A stretch of 64,000 bases of DNA from Acinetobacter phage Phab24, in sequence record MZ477002.1; one strand, given 5' to 3'. Shown in pieces: positions 1 to 10,612 of this stretch (position 1 is its first letter; each line of letters opens with the position of its first letter). The notes beneath the pieces are model-generated. The model did no database searches. It saw only the letters and a list, made by a program, of their open reading frames with translations, and was not told the origin of the DNA. The position numbers and the translations under genes were made by a program.

Positions 1-861
1 TTGATCTGTTTCAGTAAATTGCCAATATTCAGAAACTCTTTGGATTTTATATTCAACTTGAGGTGTTCCAATTAACCCTGTATCATGAGTTAATATTGTC
101 ACAACATCTGAAGTGTCTCGTTGAAATAAGATGTCTAGTTCTTGTTGTTCTTTTATTTTAGCGTAAGGTTTATTTGCTTTATTGATAATGGTTGGTACGT
201 AGTTATCTCTAAAAGTAAAAACCAGCTCTTTAACAACCTTCGAGTTGTTTCCTGCTGTTCCTTCAGTTACAGCATGATTTGTTAGTCCAAAATCATTATT
301 AAACCTTTTAAGAAGCTCATTAAGTGTTCCATTAAAAGTAAATTTTGGTAACAATCCTAATCTCAAGTAGTCAGAGACTTTAGATTGATGTTCTTTTGGA
401 ATATTTGCTAAATCAATTTTAAATACTGCATCATAATATTCACCAACTTGAGTGATGATTGAAGCAATTGTTTTTTCTCTTCTAGATAATGATACAGGAG
501 TAAAATTATATTCTCTAAAATTAAGAGACACTTGAAATACTGTTGTGATGTTGCTTCCGTCAATATGTCTATCAACAGAAACAACGGATGCAAGAAAAAG
601 TCTCTGAGCTTTACTGTCTGTTTCTTCGTATCCAAACTTAACTTCTAGCTCACATCCTGCAACATCAATCTTATTGAAAGTTTCATCTGTCATGTTATAA
701 ATAGCAACACGACCAATAGAAGCTTCATTAACTGCATCATCAGTTTTATAGAATTCGCATTCCATATCGAATCCAGAGAATGTGACAACCTCATTTGTAT
801 TGAAGTTAAAAACATTAACTTCTAGTAATCGTCCAAACTGAACACCTTTAATGTCTGCCAC
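1..861 (-). CDS. Partial virion/tail structural protein, 3' end outside window. GTG start at 861 preceded by AAGGAG.
   Basis: Open frame from 861 down to position 1 in the frame whose codons end at multiples of 3. RBS AAGGAG sits 6 nt upstream of the GTG. Spot-checked translation of 721..780 gives FSGFDMECEFYKTDDAVNEA. The gene lies downstream of the tape measure in the late operon. The listed ORF 408..635 is a different, low-complexity frame. Confidence 0.5.
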   Translation of the reverse strand, partial: MADIKGVQFGRLLEVNVFNFNTNEVVTFSGFDMECEFYKTDDAVNEASIGRVAIYNMTDETFNKIDVAGCELEVKFGYEETDSKAQRLFLASVVSVDRHIDGSNITTVFQVSLNFREYNFTPVSLSRREKTIASIITQVGEYYDAVFKIDLANIPKEHQSKVSDYLRLGLLPKFTFNGTLNELLKRFNNDFGLTNHAVTEGTAGNNSKVVKELVFTFRDNYVPTIINKANKPYAKIKEQQELDILFQRDTSDVVTILTHDTGLIGTPQVEYKIQRVSEYWQFTETDQ

Positions 862-871
862 ATTTATCTCC

Positions 872-1264
872 TTAAATAACTAATGATTTTTTCAAATCTA
901 AATAATCTTCGTACACATCATCAAAAACACCTTTAATATAGATAATGTAATTATCTGACCAATTAAGTAGATCATCATCAATTAAGTTATCAAGCTTTAC
1001 TAATTTAATCATACATTCATGTATTCCGATTAAATCCGCATTAACATCTAAATATAATTCATGTTCTTTAAATAAAGGTGTTTGACTTAAAAGAACCGTA
1101 CCTGATGCAGTGACAATTGATAAGTATCTAGTACCTACTCTCTCGTTATACTCAAAAGTAAATCTACATGATATTCCGTCAATAACAACATCGTTGTAAT
1201 AATTTAGATTATTGAATAAAGCTAGTTTGATGATGTACCAAACATCAGTATCGTCTGTAATCAT
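872..1264 (-). CDS. Tail-associated protein (hypothetical)
   Basis: 130-aa ORF whose stop overlaps the next gene's start, in the late operon downstream of the tape measure. Confidence 0.5.
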   Translation of the reverse strand: MITDDTDVWYIIKLALFNNLNYYNDVVIDGISCRFTFEYNERVGTRYLSIVTASGTVLLSQTPLFKEHELYLDVNADLIGIHECMIKLVKLDNLIDDDLLNWSDNYIIYIKGVFDDVYEDYLDLKKSLVI

Positions 1265-2115
1265 TTAAAGTCTCCAGCTTCACGTTTAGCATCTAGTCTT
1301 GCTGCTTCTGCCAATTTCATTTTGTTTTCAGCATGTCCTGTTGCAATCGTATTAGCCTCAACTTGTCTCCTATTGATCTCTGCTTGAGTTAATCCAGTTT
1401 CACCAGACTTAGGAAGCTTTCCTTGACCAATTCCATCTTTAATTGATTTACTTTCTTTTGATAAGTCGTCAGCACCACTAGAATCTTTACCATTGCTCGC
1501 TTCTGTCGAGTTTTGCATACTCACTGTTGGTGTTGGTGAAATACGATCAATCTGTCTAACCCTTTCACCAGACTCTAATTCCCTTGTTTTAACAAGAGCA
1601 GCACGAATCTGTTTAAGATTTAACTTAGCAAATATTGCTCCTGTCGTAGCTTCGCTCTCAGATAAAACTAAGCTTGTACAAACACAGTTACTATATTCAT
1701 CTACTATGCTTTTTCTTAATTGACTTTCTTTGGAGTTAATATCCTCAACAAAGGAATTATCTTCTGAGATTAGTAATGAGAAAACAATCCGATTTAAGAT
1801 TAAATCTTTTAGTTGCTTTCTCATAATCAAATGAGCATTCTGTGCTGATAGCTGTTCAGGAGCATTAGTTACAAAATCTGTTCCATCCCAAAACAATTCA
1901 AGATCGTCATTAAACACAGAGAATCCTGTAACAATCACATCTAGATCAAATACAATGTTATTCACTAACATGTGATCTGAAACAGGAAATCCGTATTCAA
2001 CAACATTATCTGTAGTTGTTGCAGCAAGAGATTCAGAGAAAGAACGAACAGAGCTAAAAGAAATAACAGAGGATGTTTGACCATCAGAGTTTTTAATAAG
2101 TAATGTATATATCAA
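1261..2115 (-). CDS. Putative distal tail protein (by position)
   Basis: 284-aa ORF immediately downstream of the tape measure gene with an overlapping stop/start. No motif was recognised. Confidence 0.45.
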   Translation of the reverse strand: MIYTLLIKNSDGQTSSVISFSSVRSFSESLAATTTDNVVEYGFPVSDHMLVNNIVFDLDVIVTGFSVFNDDLELFWDGTDFVTNAPEQLSAQNAHLIMRKQLKDLILNRIVFSLLISEDNSFVEDINSKESQLRKSIVDEYSNCVCTSLVLSESEATTGAIFAKLNLKQIRAALVKTRELESGERVRQIDRISPTPTVSMQNSTEASNGKDSSGADDLSKESKSIKDGIGQGKLPKSGETGLTQAEINRRQVEANTIATGHAENKMKLAEAARLDAKREAGDFK

Positions 2116-4154
2116 AAGTATGTCTCCGATGCTATTTTTGCATGGTTATTACCTGCTGAATCAAGACTAAGTCTATCTACAACTTTACCATTCTGCATGA
2201 TTTCAATATAACCAAGTCTACCTTGAGAACCATATTGATTCGGGTCATAACCTATACGACCGAAACGACCACTCGTAATTTCAGACTGTAAATATTTAAG
2301 AGCTTCTAGTAGTGCAAAACTACTACCTTTCAGTTTTTCTGTTGTACCTGTACCTTGATTTGTTGCTGGAGATTGCTTTCGATACTTGTTGAGGATTCGA
2401 TCTGATTCCAGTTCACCACCAAAAAATGACATTTTAGCGTTGTTGCTCATATCGTTTGTAAACTTAGCCCACTCATATCTCATCTTGGCAATATAATAAA
2501 CAACATTCACCCAAAGCGTTTCTAGGTTTAATATCCACCAACTAATCCATGTTGGAGTTCCTTCAGCTTCTTTATTTAAAGCATTGCCAATAGCTAATAC
2601 CGCTTCGAAAGCTGTTACTAACCAGAATAATTTACCACCAAGCCTTAACACACTCTTAACGAATGCTCCGCTAAAGAATGTTGATAAACCACCGCCCATT
2701 GCTCTGACAAGTTTGAAGTATTGCCAAATCATTATGATTGGTTTTCTAAATCTAAATAAGACAAGCGACAAAGCAGCAATACTTAGTATTAAACCACTAT
2801 TACCACCACTGACTTCATCTAACCCTTTTTTGAATCCTTTCATCCATCCAATAGCTTCTTTAGTGATTTTGATTAAATCAGACAAACTATTAAATAGATT
2901 CTTCAATCCTTGATCTAAACCACCTTGTAGGATTTCGTCAGAAAGAAGTTTTAATTCGTTCTTGAATCGTTGTTGTGCTGTTGCAGAAGTATTGAGTGCT
3001 TTCTCATATGCACCACTTTCTTGAGCTAGTTTAGCTAAGTTAGCAGCCATGATAGGTAGAAGTTTAGCTGGATCAAGTTCGCCTTTCTTCTGAGCTAAGT
3101 CAAACTGCTTCTCAGTCATTTTAAGACCTTCAATAGCAGCTTTCTTAATCTCAATAGCAGCAGGTACACCACGTTCTGCCATCTGTAAGAGTTCTTCCGC
3201 TTGAACTTTACCTTTCGTAAACATCTGAGTTAATGCACGGAAAATACCTTGTTGGTCATCCGTAGAACTACCAATTGTACGCATGTAAATTGATAGGTCT
3301 TTAAACATCTTCTCTTTATCTTCAAAACCAAGACCTTTTACATCTTTAGTTGCTTGAAGCATTTTAGCGTATGCTTGACCAAACTCTGTTACATCAACAC
3401 CAACTTCTTGAGCTGTCTTCCTAACAAACTCTAAGTTTCTGCCAAACTCTTCAGCACTTGATGAAGCCATTTTAAGAACGATGTCCATCTTCTGAACTTC
3501 TCGTCCTTGTTCAACAACCTTCGCTACAGCATAACCAAGAGTAGGTAGACCACCAGCAGTAGCTACAGCAGGGAGCATAGCTCTAAAGAAACCACCACCA
3601 GCTAATAAACCTTCACTACCACCGAAAGAGGATCTGAATGAAGACCGTGGTCTTCCACCTGTAGAACCACCTCCGCTACCACCACCAATCCCGCTTGTTC
3701 TTACACCAACATTAGAGTTTTTTCTAAGTTGTTGCATTTGTCCATTAACAGCAACTAGAGCAGCTTTTGTTTCTAAAACTGTTTGTTTGTATTTATCCCA
3801 AATTGGTTCACCAGCTTTAACTGATGAGTGGATTTTACCTAGACTAAGGGTAATCCTTTTTCTGTTGTTGTCAATAGAGTTAAGAGCTGAACTTAAATCT
3901 TTAACTGATTTTGCAACTTGACTATAGCTCTCAGAGATGTCTGTGTTTGCTCTCTTTAATGAGAGCTTGTCTAACCGACTTGTTACACCATCTAAACCAG
4001 AAGACATACTACGTAGGTTAGCAGCTAACACTCTAGCGTTTCTTGCAAAGAGTGCTGTATCGCCACGAACTTCACGTAGTTTTGATTGGAATGCATCTAG
4101 TCCTTTAGTATCAACTTTAAACCCTAATGATGCGAATAAACTTGCTATCTGCAT
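2112..4154 (-). CDS. Tail tape measure protein
   Basis: 680 aa, long alpha-helical/coiled-coil composition. Contains a Gly-rich stretch (GIGGGSGGGSTGG) and a C-terminal hydrophobic segment. Sits downstream of two small chaperone-like ORFs. Confidence 0.8.
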   Translation of the reverse strand: MQIASLFASLGFKVDTKGLDAFQSKLREVRGDTALFARNARVLAANLRSMSSGLDGVTSRLDKLSLKRANTDISESYSQVAKSVKDLSSALNSIDNNRKRITLSLGKIHSSVKAGEPIWDKYKQTVLETKAALVAVNGQMQQLRKNSNVGVRTSGIGGGSGGGSTGGRPRSSFRSSFGGSEGLLAGGGFFRAMLPAVATAGGLPTLGYAVAKVVEQGREVQKMDIVLKMASSSAEEFGRNLEFVRKTAQEVGVDVTEFGQAYAKMLQATKDVKGLGFEDKEKMFKDLSIYMRTIGSSTDDQQGIFRALTQMFTKGKVQAEELLQMAERGVPAAIEIKKAAIEGLKMTEKQFDLAQKKGELDPAKLLPIMAANLAKLAQESGAYEKALNTSATAQQRFKNELKLLSDEILQGGLDQGLKNLFNSLSDLIKITKEAIGWMKGFKKGLDEVSGGNSGLILSIAALSLVLFRFRKPIIMIWQYFKLVRAMGGGLSTFFSGAFVKSVLRLGGKLFWLVTAFEAVLAIGNALNKEAEGTPTWISWWILNLETLWVNVVYYIAKMRYEWAKFTNDMSNNAKMSFFGGELESDRILNKYRKQSPATNQGTGTTEKLKGSSFALLEALKYLQSEITSGRFGRIGYDPNQYGSQGRLGYIEIMQNGKVVDRLSLDSAGNNHAKIASETYF

Positions 4155-4159
4155 TCTAT

Positions 4160-4345
4160 CTACCTTTTATTATTTTGTTGTTCTTGCTGCGCTAACATTT
4201 CTTCGTGGTTTTTCCACTTCTTATATTCGAGATATTCTAATAAGTCGTAAACATCATCAACGGTTAATTCGTACTTGAGTTTTTGTAATGTAGATACATA
4301 ATCTGTTTCAGCATTATCAAGAATAGAAATCCAAACTAAAGGCAT
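4160..4345 (-). CDS. Small tail assembly chaperone-like protein
   Basis: 61-aa acidic ORF directly upstream of the tape measure (G/GT-like position). Confidence 0.4.
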   Translation of the reverse strand: MPLVWISILDNAETDYVSTLQKLKYELTVDDVYDLLEYLEYKKWKNHEEMLAQQEQQNNKR

Positions 4346-4404
4346 AGAGAAAGTTTTTTCAATCTTCTCTATTTCAGTTTTGTTTACCCTCGTAGACGAA
4401 TCAT

Positions 4405-4800
4405 TTACGCTAGAACGCTTTGTAAATTCGTAACGAGTCTTTGAAAAGATTTAGCGTAATTTAATTTAATAACTTCAATAGTAAGAATTAAAATAGCATC
4501 GTAGTTTTCTTCAAACTCTTCGTTAAAGTTGATACGCATACCACCAACTTCAACATCAGCAATTAATTCTTTAACTAGCAATGAAAGCTCTTTTGCATTT
4601 TCACCTTCTAGTAAAAGCATAAGATTCTTACCAGCTTCTTCTTCTGTCATTTCTTCACCACCACCCATCAACCCGATGAATGGGAAAATGTATTTAGCTA
4701 CACGTGGTAGAAATTCCCAACCTTTCTCTCCACGGAAAGCGTTGATAACGTATGAGCGATCATTAATTGTTTTAATAACTTGTTTTGTCTTGGTAGACAT
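4405..4800 (-). CDS. Tail assembly chaperone-like protein
   Basis: 131-aa ORF between a tail protein gene and the tape measure (lambda G-like position). Confidence 0.45.
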   Translation of the reverse strand: MSTKTKQVIKTINDRSYVINAFRGEKGWEFLPRVAKYIFPFIGLMGGGEEMTEEEAGKNLMLLLEGENAKELSLLVKELIADVEVGGMRINFNEEFEENYDAILILTIEVIKLNYAKSFQRLVTNLQSVLA

Positions 4801-4823
4801 TTAATTTCTCCTAAAATTTATTC

Positions 4824-5363
4824 TTATTCTGGAACAATTGCTACAGGAGTGTCTAAAGAAGTTTCTAATGGATTCTCTTCTCCAATAACACTTTCTGTTT
4901 GCTCTACAGTATTGTTATTTGCATCACAGATGCCTAAAATGTATGTTCTATTTTGCCCTTCAGCTTGCATACCAATTTCAGATAAGTTTAAGAATACTGA
5001 TTTATAAACATCAACGGGAACTCCATTCTCAACAATATATGTTGTGAACCATCCTTTCTTCTTATTCTGTGTGTATGCTAATAATTGTAAAATCTCATTA
5101 CACTTAGCTGTCGGTAATATTGTTATATTTAAAGTTAAGGGTTCATGTACTTCATAATAAGTGTAATAATATTTACTGACACCTTGATCTGACTTAGCTA
5201 CTGTCTTTGGAGAAAGTGTTGCTTCAACAACACCATCTAATTCAAAACCAGCAACAACAATTCTATTCTTACTTGCATCATAAGAACGTGTTCTTCGATT
5301 AAGTAAATTATTTCCTTGAATTAAATCTTTAGCCTTAGAAGCAATCTCATTCAGAATACCCAT
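4824..5363 (-). CDS. Putative major tail (tube) protein
   Basis: 179-aa ORF directly upstream of the chaperone pair. Call is by position only. Confidence 0.4.
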   Translation of the reverse strand: MGILNEIASKAKDLIQGNNLLNRRTRSYDASKNRIVVAGFELDGVVEATLSPKTVAKSDQGVSKYYYTYYEVHEPLTLNITILPTAKCNEILQLLAYTQNKKKGWFTTYIVENGVPVDVYKSVFLNLSEIGMQAEGQNRTYILGICDANNNTVEQTESVIGEENPLETSLDTPVAIVPE

Positions 5364-5377
5364 TTGTAAAGCTCCTA

Positions 5378-5953
5378 TTAAACTAAAGTTCTCAATCTTG
5401 TCATTGCTGTATCAGCAGATTCCATAATCTTGTCTGTGAAATCACTAAAGTCAATTCCAATCAATCCACCAATCTCAATTAGTCGAATAATAGAAGCCAA
5501 CTTATCGTAAAGATCATCAACACTTCCATTACCAGCAATATTATAAGCTCCATTGTGACAAACAAATGTCCAAACAACTTCACCTAATTCTGAACCTCTA
5601 GTAACTATTGGTTCTGTCTCAAAGAAACAATCCATTGAAGTGAAGTGTAATTTACCACTCTTATCTTCAATCTCTAAAGGAATCTTTAAATCAGCACCGA
5701 ACTTCTGATAAGCTTTAAAAACCAAATGAAGCCATGTGTTAGCTTCACTTGATTGCATTACATAGACATTAATTCTATAGCTACCATACTTATCAATGAA
5801 TGCAGAATGACTACCATCCATTGCTTTTCTAAATGTAGTTGCTGGAGCATCACGCTCAATTTCAAATAAGTTAGTTGTTCCAAAACCCTCTACATTAATA
5901 CCGAAAAGTTTAACTCGCGTGGCGCTAGGAACATAACTATGTAATAAAGACAT
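5378..5953 (-). CDS. Tail/neck structural protein
   Basis: 191-aa ORF in the structural operon. Confidence 0.4.
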   Translation of the reverse strand: MSLLHSYVPSATRVKLFGINVEGFGTTNLFEIERDAPATTFRKAMDGSHSAFIDKYGSYRINVYVMQSSEANTWLHLVFKAYQKFGADLKIPLEIEDKSGKLHFTSMDCFFETEPIVTRGSELGEVVWTFVCHNGAYNIAGNGSVDDLYDKLASIIRLIEIGGLIGIDFSDFTDKIMESADTAMTRLRTLV

Positions 5954-5961
5954 ACATCACC

Positions 5962-6498
5962 TTACGCTGTTAATTGTTTCCATTGATCATCAACAACAAC
6001 ACCCAGTTTCTCTAAAGTATCTGCTGTTTCTTGATCAATTAAACCAGAACCACCAATGTGTGATTCACTTGAAGCTAGAACAATCATCCACTCACGAGTC
6101 GAAGTTGCACTACCAAACTCTTGAGTTTGAGGTCGTTTAACAAAAGATTGACTTGAGTAAATATAAGAACGACCTGATTTATCAGTAATTGTACAAGTGA
6201 AAATACCTTGAATACCTGTTAAATCTTGCTCGTCAAATCGTGCAATTCCAGATAAAACATCATTACTACGAGAGGTTTGATCTAAGCTAATAGTTGCACG
6301 GTAAGTAGTTGTCTTACGGTGTGTACGAGTTGTTACAGCATCTGGACTTTCAGTTTCAGTCCATGTTTCATCAGGGAATTCAATTGAAACAATAGAATCC
6401 TGTGAATAACCACCAATTACGTGAGTAATACCTGTAGCTGGATGGTTAATAACGATTGTGAGTGCTGATGGGATATATGAAGTAATTGGATTTGCCAT
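5962..6498 (-). CDS. Tail structural protein
   Basis: 178-aa ORF in the structural operon. Confidence 0.4.
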   Translation of the reverse strand: MANPITSYIPSALTIVINHPATGITHVIGGYSQDSIVSIEFPDETWTETESPDAVTTRTHRKTTTYRATISLDQTSRSNDVLSGIARFDEQDLTGIQGIFTCTITDKSGRSYIYSSQSFVKRPQTQEFGSATSTREWMIVLASSESHIGGSGLIDQETADTLEKLGVVVDDQWKQLTA

Positions 6499-6515
6499 AT
6501 TTTATTTTCCTTTTA

Positions 6516-7559
6516 TTAAGCGTAAACCGTGCCTTCAACAGCATCAACAAAGATAATAGCTCCAGCAAGACGAGCGCGGAATGTGATCTTAGAAAGAACA
6601 CCGCTTGCACGTTCAGCAGAAGTAAGTTTATTAGCATCTGGTACAGTGATTTGGAAAGGTGTATCATCTGTTAAAATATTATTATCAACAGCCTGATTTA
6701 AGATAGTAACAAGAACAGCTTTAAACTGATCGATACCACCATTTGTATAAAGAATTCGATTCTTGGTGTATAGTAAATTCCAGAATGCTTCACCGATACG
6801 AACTTCTAACCAAATAGAACCAAGAATTACATGAATCTTCTCACCACCAACCACGTTAGCCTTACCTTCAACAACTGAATCTTCACCAACTTTAGTGTAG
6901 TAAAGAGCATTCTTGCTGTTGAGATAACCAACTTCCGTTGGTCCAAAGTTTTCTGGAGTAAGAGTTGTAAGTGTTTTATGCAACCATAAATTACTACCAA
7001 TAATATCTACTGCAAACTTACCAACCAATGCTGCCTCTGCTGCAACAACTGCTGTATCCTTAACATAAATACCAATTGACTGCATGAGACTTTGTTCTTT
7101 AAGAACACTAAAGATGTCAGTTGTAGCACTTGTAATAGCTGCTGTGTTGTGATCACTGAATACATAAATTGCTGTTTGAGTTTCAATATATGTTGCAATA
7201 GCGATTTTATCTGCGTCATCTGTTGCATCAGTGATCAAGAAGAACCAGTCATTAACTTCTGCTTGAAGTTTTGTAATTTCTGATACATAATCTACACCAG
7301 TACCACCGTCTACGATTTTACCAACGATAACTTCACGTACTTGAGGGTTTTGAGAGAAGATTCTTTGTGCTGCAATATATGCAAAGTCTGTTGTTAAAAA
7401 ACCATCAGCTAACATAGCTGTGGTTGATTGATATCTACGGTATGCTTCCGCAAAACGTGTATGCTCTGAGAGAATTGCAATCTTTTGAAGATCACGAACT
7501 GTTTTTGTTGAAGTCTCTCTACTAATTACAACACGAACAATTTGATCAATTGTTAACAT
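6516..7559 (-). CDS. Virion structural protein (347 aa)
   Basis: Long ORF in the structural operon with protein-like composition. Confidence 0.45.
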   Translation of the reverse strand: MLTIDQIVRVVISRETSTKTVRDLQKIAILSEHTRFAEAYRRYQSTTAMLADGFLTTDFAYIAAQRIFSQNPQVREVIVGKIVDGGTGVDYVSEITKLQAEVNDWFFLITDATDDADKIAIATYIETQTAIYVFSDHNTAAITSATTDIFSVLKEQSLMQSIGIYVKDTAVVAAEAALVGKFAVDIIGSNLWLHKTLTTLTPENFGPTEVGYLNSKNALYYTKVGEDSVVEGKANVVGGEKIHVILGSIWLEVRIGEAFWNLLYTKNRILYTNGGIDQFKAVLVTILNQAVDNNILTDDTPFQITVPDANKLTSAERASGVLSKITFRARLAGAIIFVDAVEGTVYA

Positions 7560-7571
7560 TATTTTTCCTTT

Positions 7572-8717
7572 TTATTGATAAATAGTTCCTTCAACTTTAT
7601 CTACACCTAAGATAGACTGAGTTAAAGTAGCTGAAAATTTAAAAGATGCTTTATTGTTTATTCGATCAAGTTTTCTTTCTGTTATGATATAGCTTGAGAA
7701 AATACCTTGCTCTACAGAAACATCTAATATTTCTTTTATTTGATTTTCTAAAGATTGTAGTCCATAGACTGTTGCATTGATTTTTTTACTTGTATAAAGT
7801 AATTTCCACAACTTTCGTTTTAGGGCATACACTAACCAATCCAATGAAACTTGTTCATTAATGTGTATTTGTTGACAAGTCATTCCTGTACCAACAGTTG
7901 ACTTACTTGTTCCATATAACATGATTGTTGTATTGGAAAAGTTTGGTATTTGTTTTAATTCAAATGGGTCGACACGAACTAAGTTTTTATACAGCCACTG
8001 TACTTGACTTGGAAAGAGATAACCACAATATCCAATCCAAGCACCTTCTGGATACATTAACGCTTGAGATTGAGCTTCTCCTTCTGTTAAATCTTGGTAT
8101 TCTAATTGAACATCGTCTGTATTATCCCAATCAGCAACAGAACCATCATCAAGCAACCAATCTCCTGTTCCATCAGAGTAATTACCAAGCTCACCAATCG
8201 CAAACCATTTACCTTCGTCTGTCTCAACAATACTTGATGAGTCATACAGCAACCATCCATTACCAAAGTAAGGTTGATAGTAATAAACTAACTTTCTACC
8301 AGACACTTGATCGGAAACATTTTCAGAAGATGAGAAGAATTGTAGTTTTAATTCTCCAGCAATCGCATCATTAAATGCTGTTATTTCGTTAATATCTTTA
8401 GACTCAATTACTACAAAGTAGTAGTTAGAATTATCATCAGCAAGATAGGCATCAATATAGCTCTCAGAAGCTCTTTTAGAGCGCACTATGACACGTTCCA
8501 TTTGTTTCTGTGCAAATACACCTAGACAGAAGTTATACGCCTCAGAACCCCTGTCAAAGCCGTTATCAAGGAGATCTTTTAATCTATCTACAATCAGTGT
8601 TCTTGGAGCTATATCATTTTCTGTAATAAACCCAACTTGATAAAAGCCTTCTGAAGTTAAAACAGAGTTTTCAACCTTAATATCAACTTTAACAGGAGAT
8701 GTATTTATATCTTGCAT
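7572..8717 (-). CDS. Virion structural protein (381 aa)
   Basis: Long ORF in the structural operon. Confidence 0.45.
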   Translation of the reverse strand: MQDINTSPVKVDIKVENSVLTSEGFYQVGFITENDIAPRTLIVDRLKDLLDNGFDRGSEAYNFCLGVFAQKQMERVIVRSKRASESYIDAYLADDNSNYYFVVIESKDINEITAFNDAIAGELKLQFFSSSENVSDQVSGRKLVYYYQPYFGNGWLLYDSSSIVETDEGKWFAIGELGNYSDGTGDWLLDDGSVADWDNTDDVQLEYQDLTEGEAQSQALMYPEGAWIGYCGYLFPSQVQWLYKNLVRVDPFELKQIPNFSNTTIMLYGTSKSTVGTGMTCQQIHINEQVSLDWLVYALKRKLWKLLYTSKKINATVYGLQSLENQIKEILDVSVEQGIFSSYIITERKLDRINNKASFKFSATLTQSILGVDKVEGTIYQ

Positions 8718-8728
8718 AAACTCTCCTA

Positions 8729-10078
8729 TTAAGAAACATAAACTTCTTTAGCGTAAGACATTCTAGTTAATGCACTAATACTGACACTCAGACCAGCATC
8801 AGTTTCCGACAAAGCAACTTCAAGGATATAACCATTTGGTGAAGGTATGCTGTTGTCATCAGCAATTGTTAAAAGCTCGTCAGCAAATGTTCCTGAAGCT
8901 AAACTGTTAGGTAGAGTTATTGCTTTAGTATAAGTAAAACCACTAATAGGGTTTCGAATTCTTATACTAAGAACTTCCGTACTTGTACCGCTTGTTGATT
9001 TACCACTAAATGTTCCTTGAATTCTCCAACCATGTACTTGACCACTAACAGGGTTTTCAATCAGTCTACCATTCGGTGAACTTCCTCTGTTAGCATCAAA
9101 GAATCCAGCATAGTTATTCGGAGTAGCTTTAGGGTATGTGGTCGTAGGAGAAGGAACAATAGTCTGTGTAGCTGAAACAATGTCAAACGTCTTAAAGGTA
9201 TTTGCGGTAAAATTGCTTACTGTTAATCCTGTGTATGTGACTTTAACTTGTCCTGCTTGGTTAGACATAGCATCAAGCTGTGCTTGTAGTTTACCAAATG
9301 CTTGTAATACTGTATCTGTTGCAACCACGTCTGTTTTGTTAGTTAGAACTAAACCAGTTAGGGCTGTAGCTCTAACATCATTTTGATTTACAGTAACAGT
9401 TAATGCTGAAGCTGCATCTGCTGTTGAAACAATGCCAGTTGATCCGATGTAACCAACAGCAGGTTTTGTACCTGTACCACCAGTCCAATCTAATACACGA
9501 ATTACTTGTTGTGAGCTTGAGTTATTAGCAATTGCTAGAACAGGACTCCATCCAGCTTCACCAGCAACACCTTGTAAACCAATAGAACCTCTAATATCAA
9601 CAGCATTAGCAATATTATCAACAATACCAGTAGAACCAATATAACCAGTAGGAGGAGGTGTTCCTGTTCCCCCTGTCCATGCTGTTATTTGTAAAACTCT
9701 TCTTTCACCTGTTGCTACAACAGCTAGCCGTGGACTCCATCCATTATTACCACTTGTCCCTGCGTCACCTTTAGCACCTTTTAAGGAGGCTAACCATTGA
9801 GCTTCTGTTCCAACAAAGCCGTTATTTACTGCAATTTGATATGCGGATAATCCGTTTTCTCCATCCTTACCGTCTACCCCGTCCTTACCGTCCTTACCAT
9901 TTATTCCAGCAACACCTTGCTCACCTTTCTCTCCTTGAACATTCTGTTGTATCCATGATAAGAGTGTAGGTCTTTGAAGCAGTCTAGCTTTGTTATCATC
10001 AATAATTACAAAGCTGTCATTTTCGGTGAAACCAGTAGAAGGTGTTATTGGTAATTCATTTATTTTTTGTTCTGCCAT
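8729..10078 (-). CDS. Collagen-like fibre protein (tail fibre or whisker)
   Basis: About ten Gly-X-Y triplets (GEKGEQGVAGINGKDGKDGVDGKDGENG). Two internal tandem repeats of about 45 aa each end in TGGTGT(P/K)P..GYIGSTGIV. Confidence 0.7.
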   Translation of the reverse strand: MAEQKINELPITPSTGFTENDSFVIIDDNKARLLQRPTLLSWIQQNVQGEKGEQGVAGINGKDGKDGVDGKDGENGLSAYQIAVNNGFVGTEAQWLASLKGAKGDAGTSGNNGWSPRLAVVATGERRVLQITAWTGGTGTPPPTGYIGSTGIVDNIANAVDIRGSIGLQGVAGEAGWSPVLAIANNSSSQQVIRVLDWTGGTGTKPAVGYIGSTGIVSTADAASALTVTVNQNDVRATALTGLVLTNKTDVVATDTVLQAFGKLQAQLDAMSNQAGQVKVTYTGLTVSNFTANTFKTFDIVSATQTIVPSPTTTYPKATPNNYAGFFDANRGSSPNGRLIENPVSGQVHGWRIQGTFSGKSTSGTSTEVLSIRIRNPISGFTYTKAITLPNSLASGTFADELLTIADDNSIPSPNGYILEVALSETDAGLSVSISALTRMSYAKEVYVS

Positions 10079-10087
10079 ATTTCACCA

Positions 10088-10612
10088 TTAAATATTAAAA
10101 TCAGTTGTTACGTCTAAGTTGTTTTCTGAATCCTCTAGTACACCATGAGTCTCAACGACTTTAATAAATGGTGAGTAGTATTCTTCAGTTCTAGAACAGA
10201 ATAATGAAATATCAATAATTGCTCTTTTATATGGTATGTCATTAACAGGTGTGGATTGATAAATGATGTCACTATATTCAGTGATACCTAGACCATTACC
10301 ATAAAAAGCTGAAGTAACGAATGTACTTCCTAATCCAACATGAAATCTTTCAAATTCGTCTTGTTTAGTATCAGTAGCGAGTGCGTGTAAGGTTAAAGAA
10401 AAATTAACAACTTTGTTTTGTGTAATTTGTTCTATTTCTACACCATTTTTACTTGCTGTAGTTACATAAGGTTTACCACGATTGATCACATCAATAATTG
10501 TGACTAAACAATAAGGAGCTGCTGGTTCTACACCATTACGATCAGCTAAGATAAATTTAAATGAAGGTAAGCATGTTTGAAGGGATTTAATAATTGCTGA
10601 TTCGAATTTCAT
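10088..10612 (-). CDS. Neck/tail structural protein
   Basis: 174-aa ORF with overlapping stop/start to the next gene. Confidence 0.45.
   Translation of the reverse strand: MKFESAIIKSLQTCLPSFKFILADRNGVEPAAPYCLVTIIDVINRGKPYVTTASKNGVEIEQITQNKVVNFSLTLHALATDTKQDEFERFHVGLGSTFVTSAFYGNGLGITEYSDIIYQSTPVNDIPYKRAIIDISLFCSRTEEYYSPFIKVVETHGVLEDSENNLDVTTDFNI

Noticed and set aside
408-635. Listed 75-aa minus-strand ORF
   Set aside because: It lies in an alternative frame inside the longer GTG-initiated partial structural gene (1..861). Its product is low-complexity and Leu/Ile-rich.
1493-4278. Plus-strand ORFs 1493..1723, 2584..2913 and 3937..4278 antisense to the tail genes
   Set aside because: Antisense to long, well-supported structural genes. 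Ser/Pro/Leu-rich low-complexity products and no RBS.
7007-9386. Internal or antisense ORFs 7007..7228, 7092..7283, 7925..8374 and 9138..9386
   Set aside because: Embedded in or opposite to long structural genes. Compositionally biased (Q/L/C-rich). Likely spurious.
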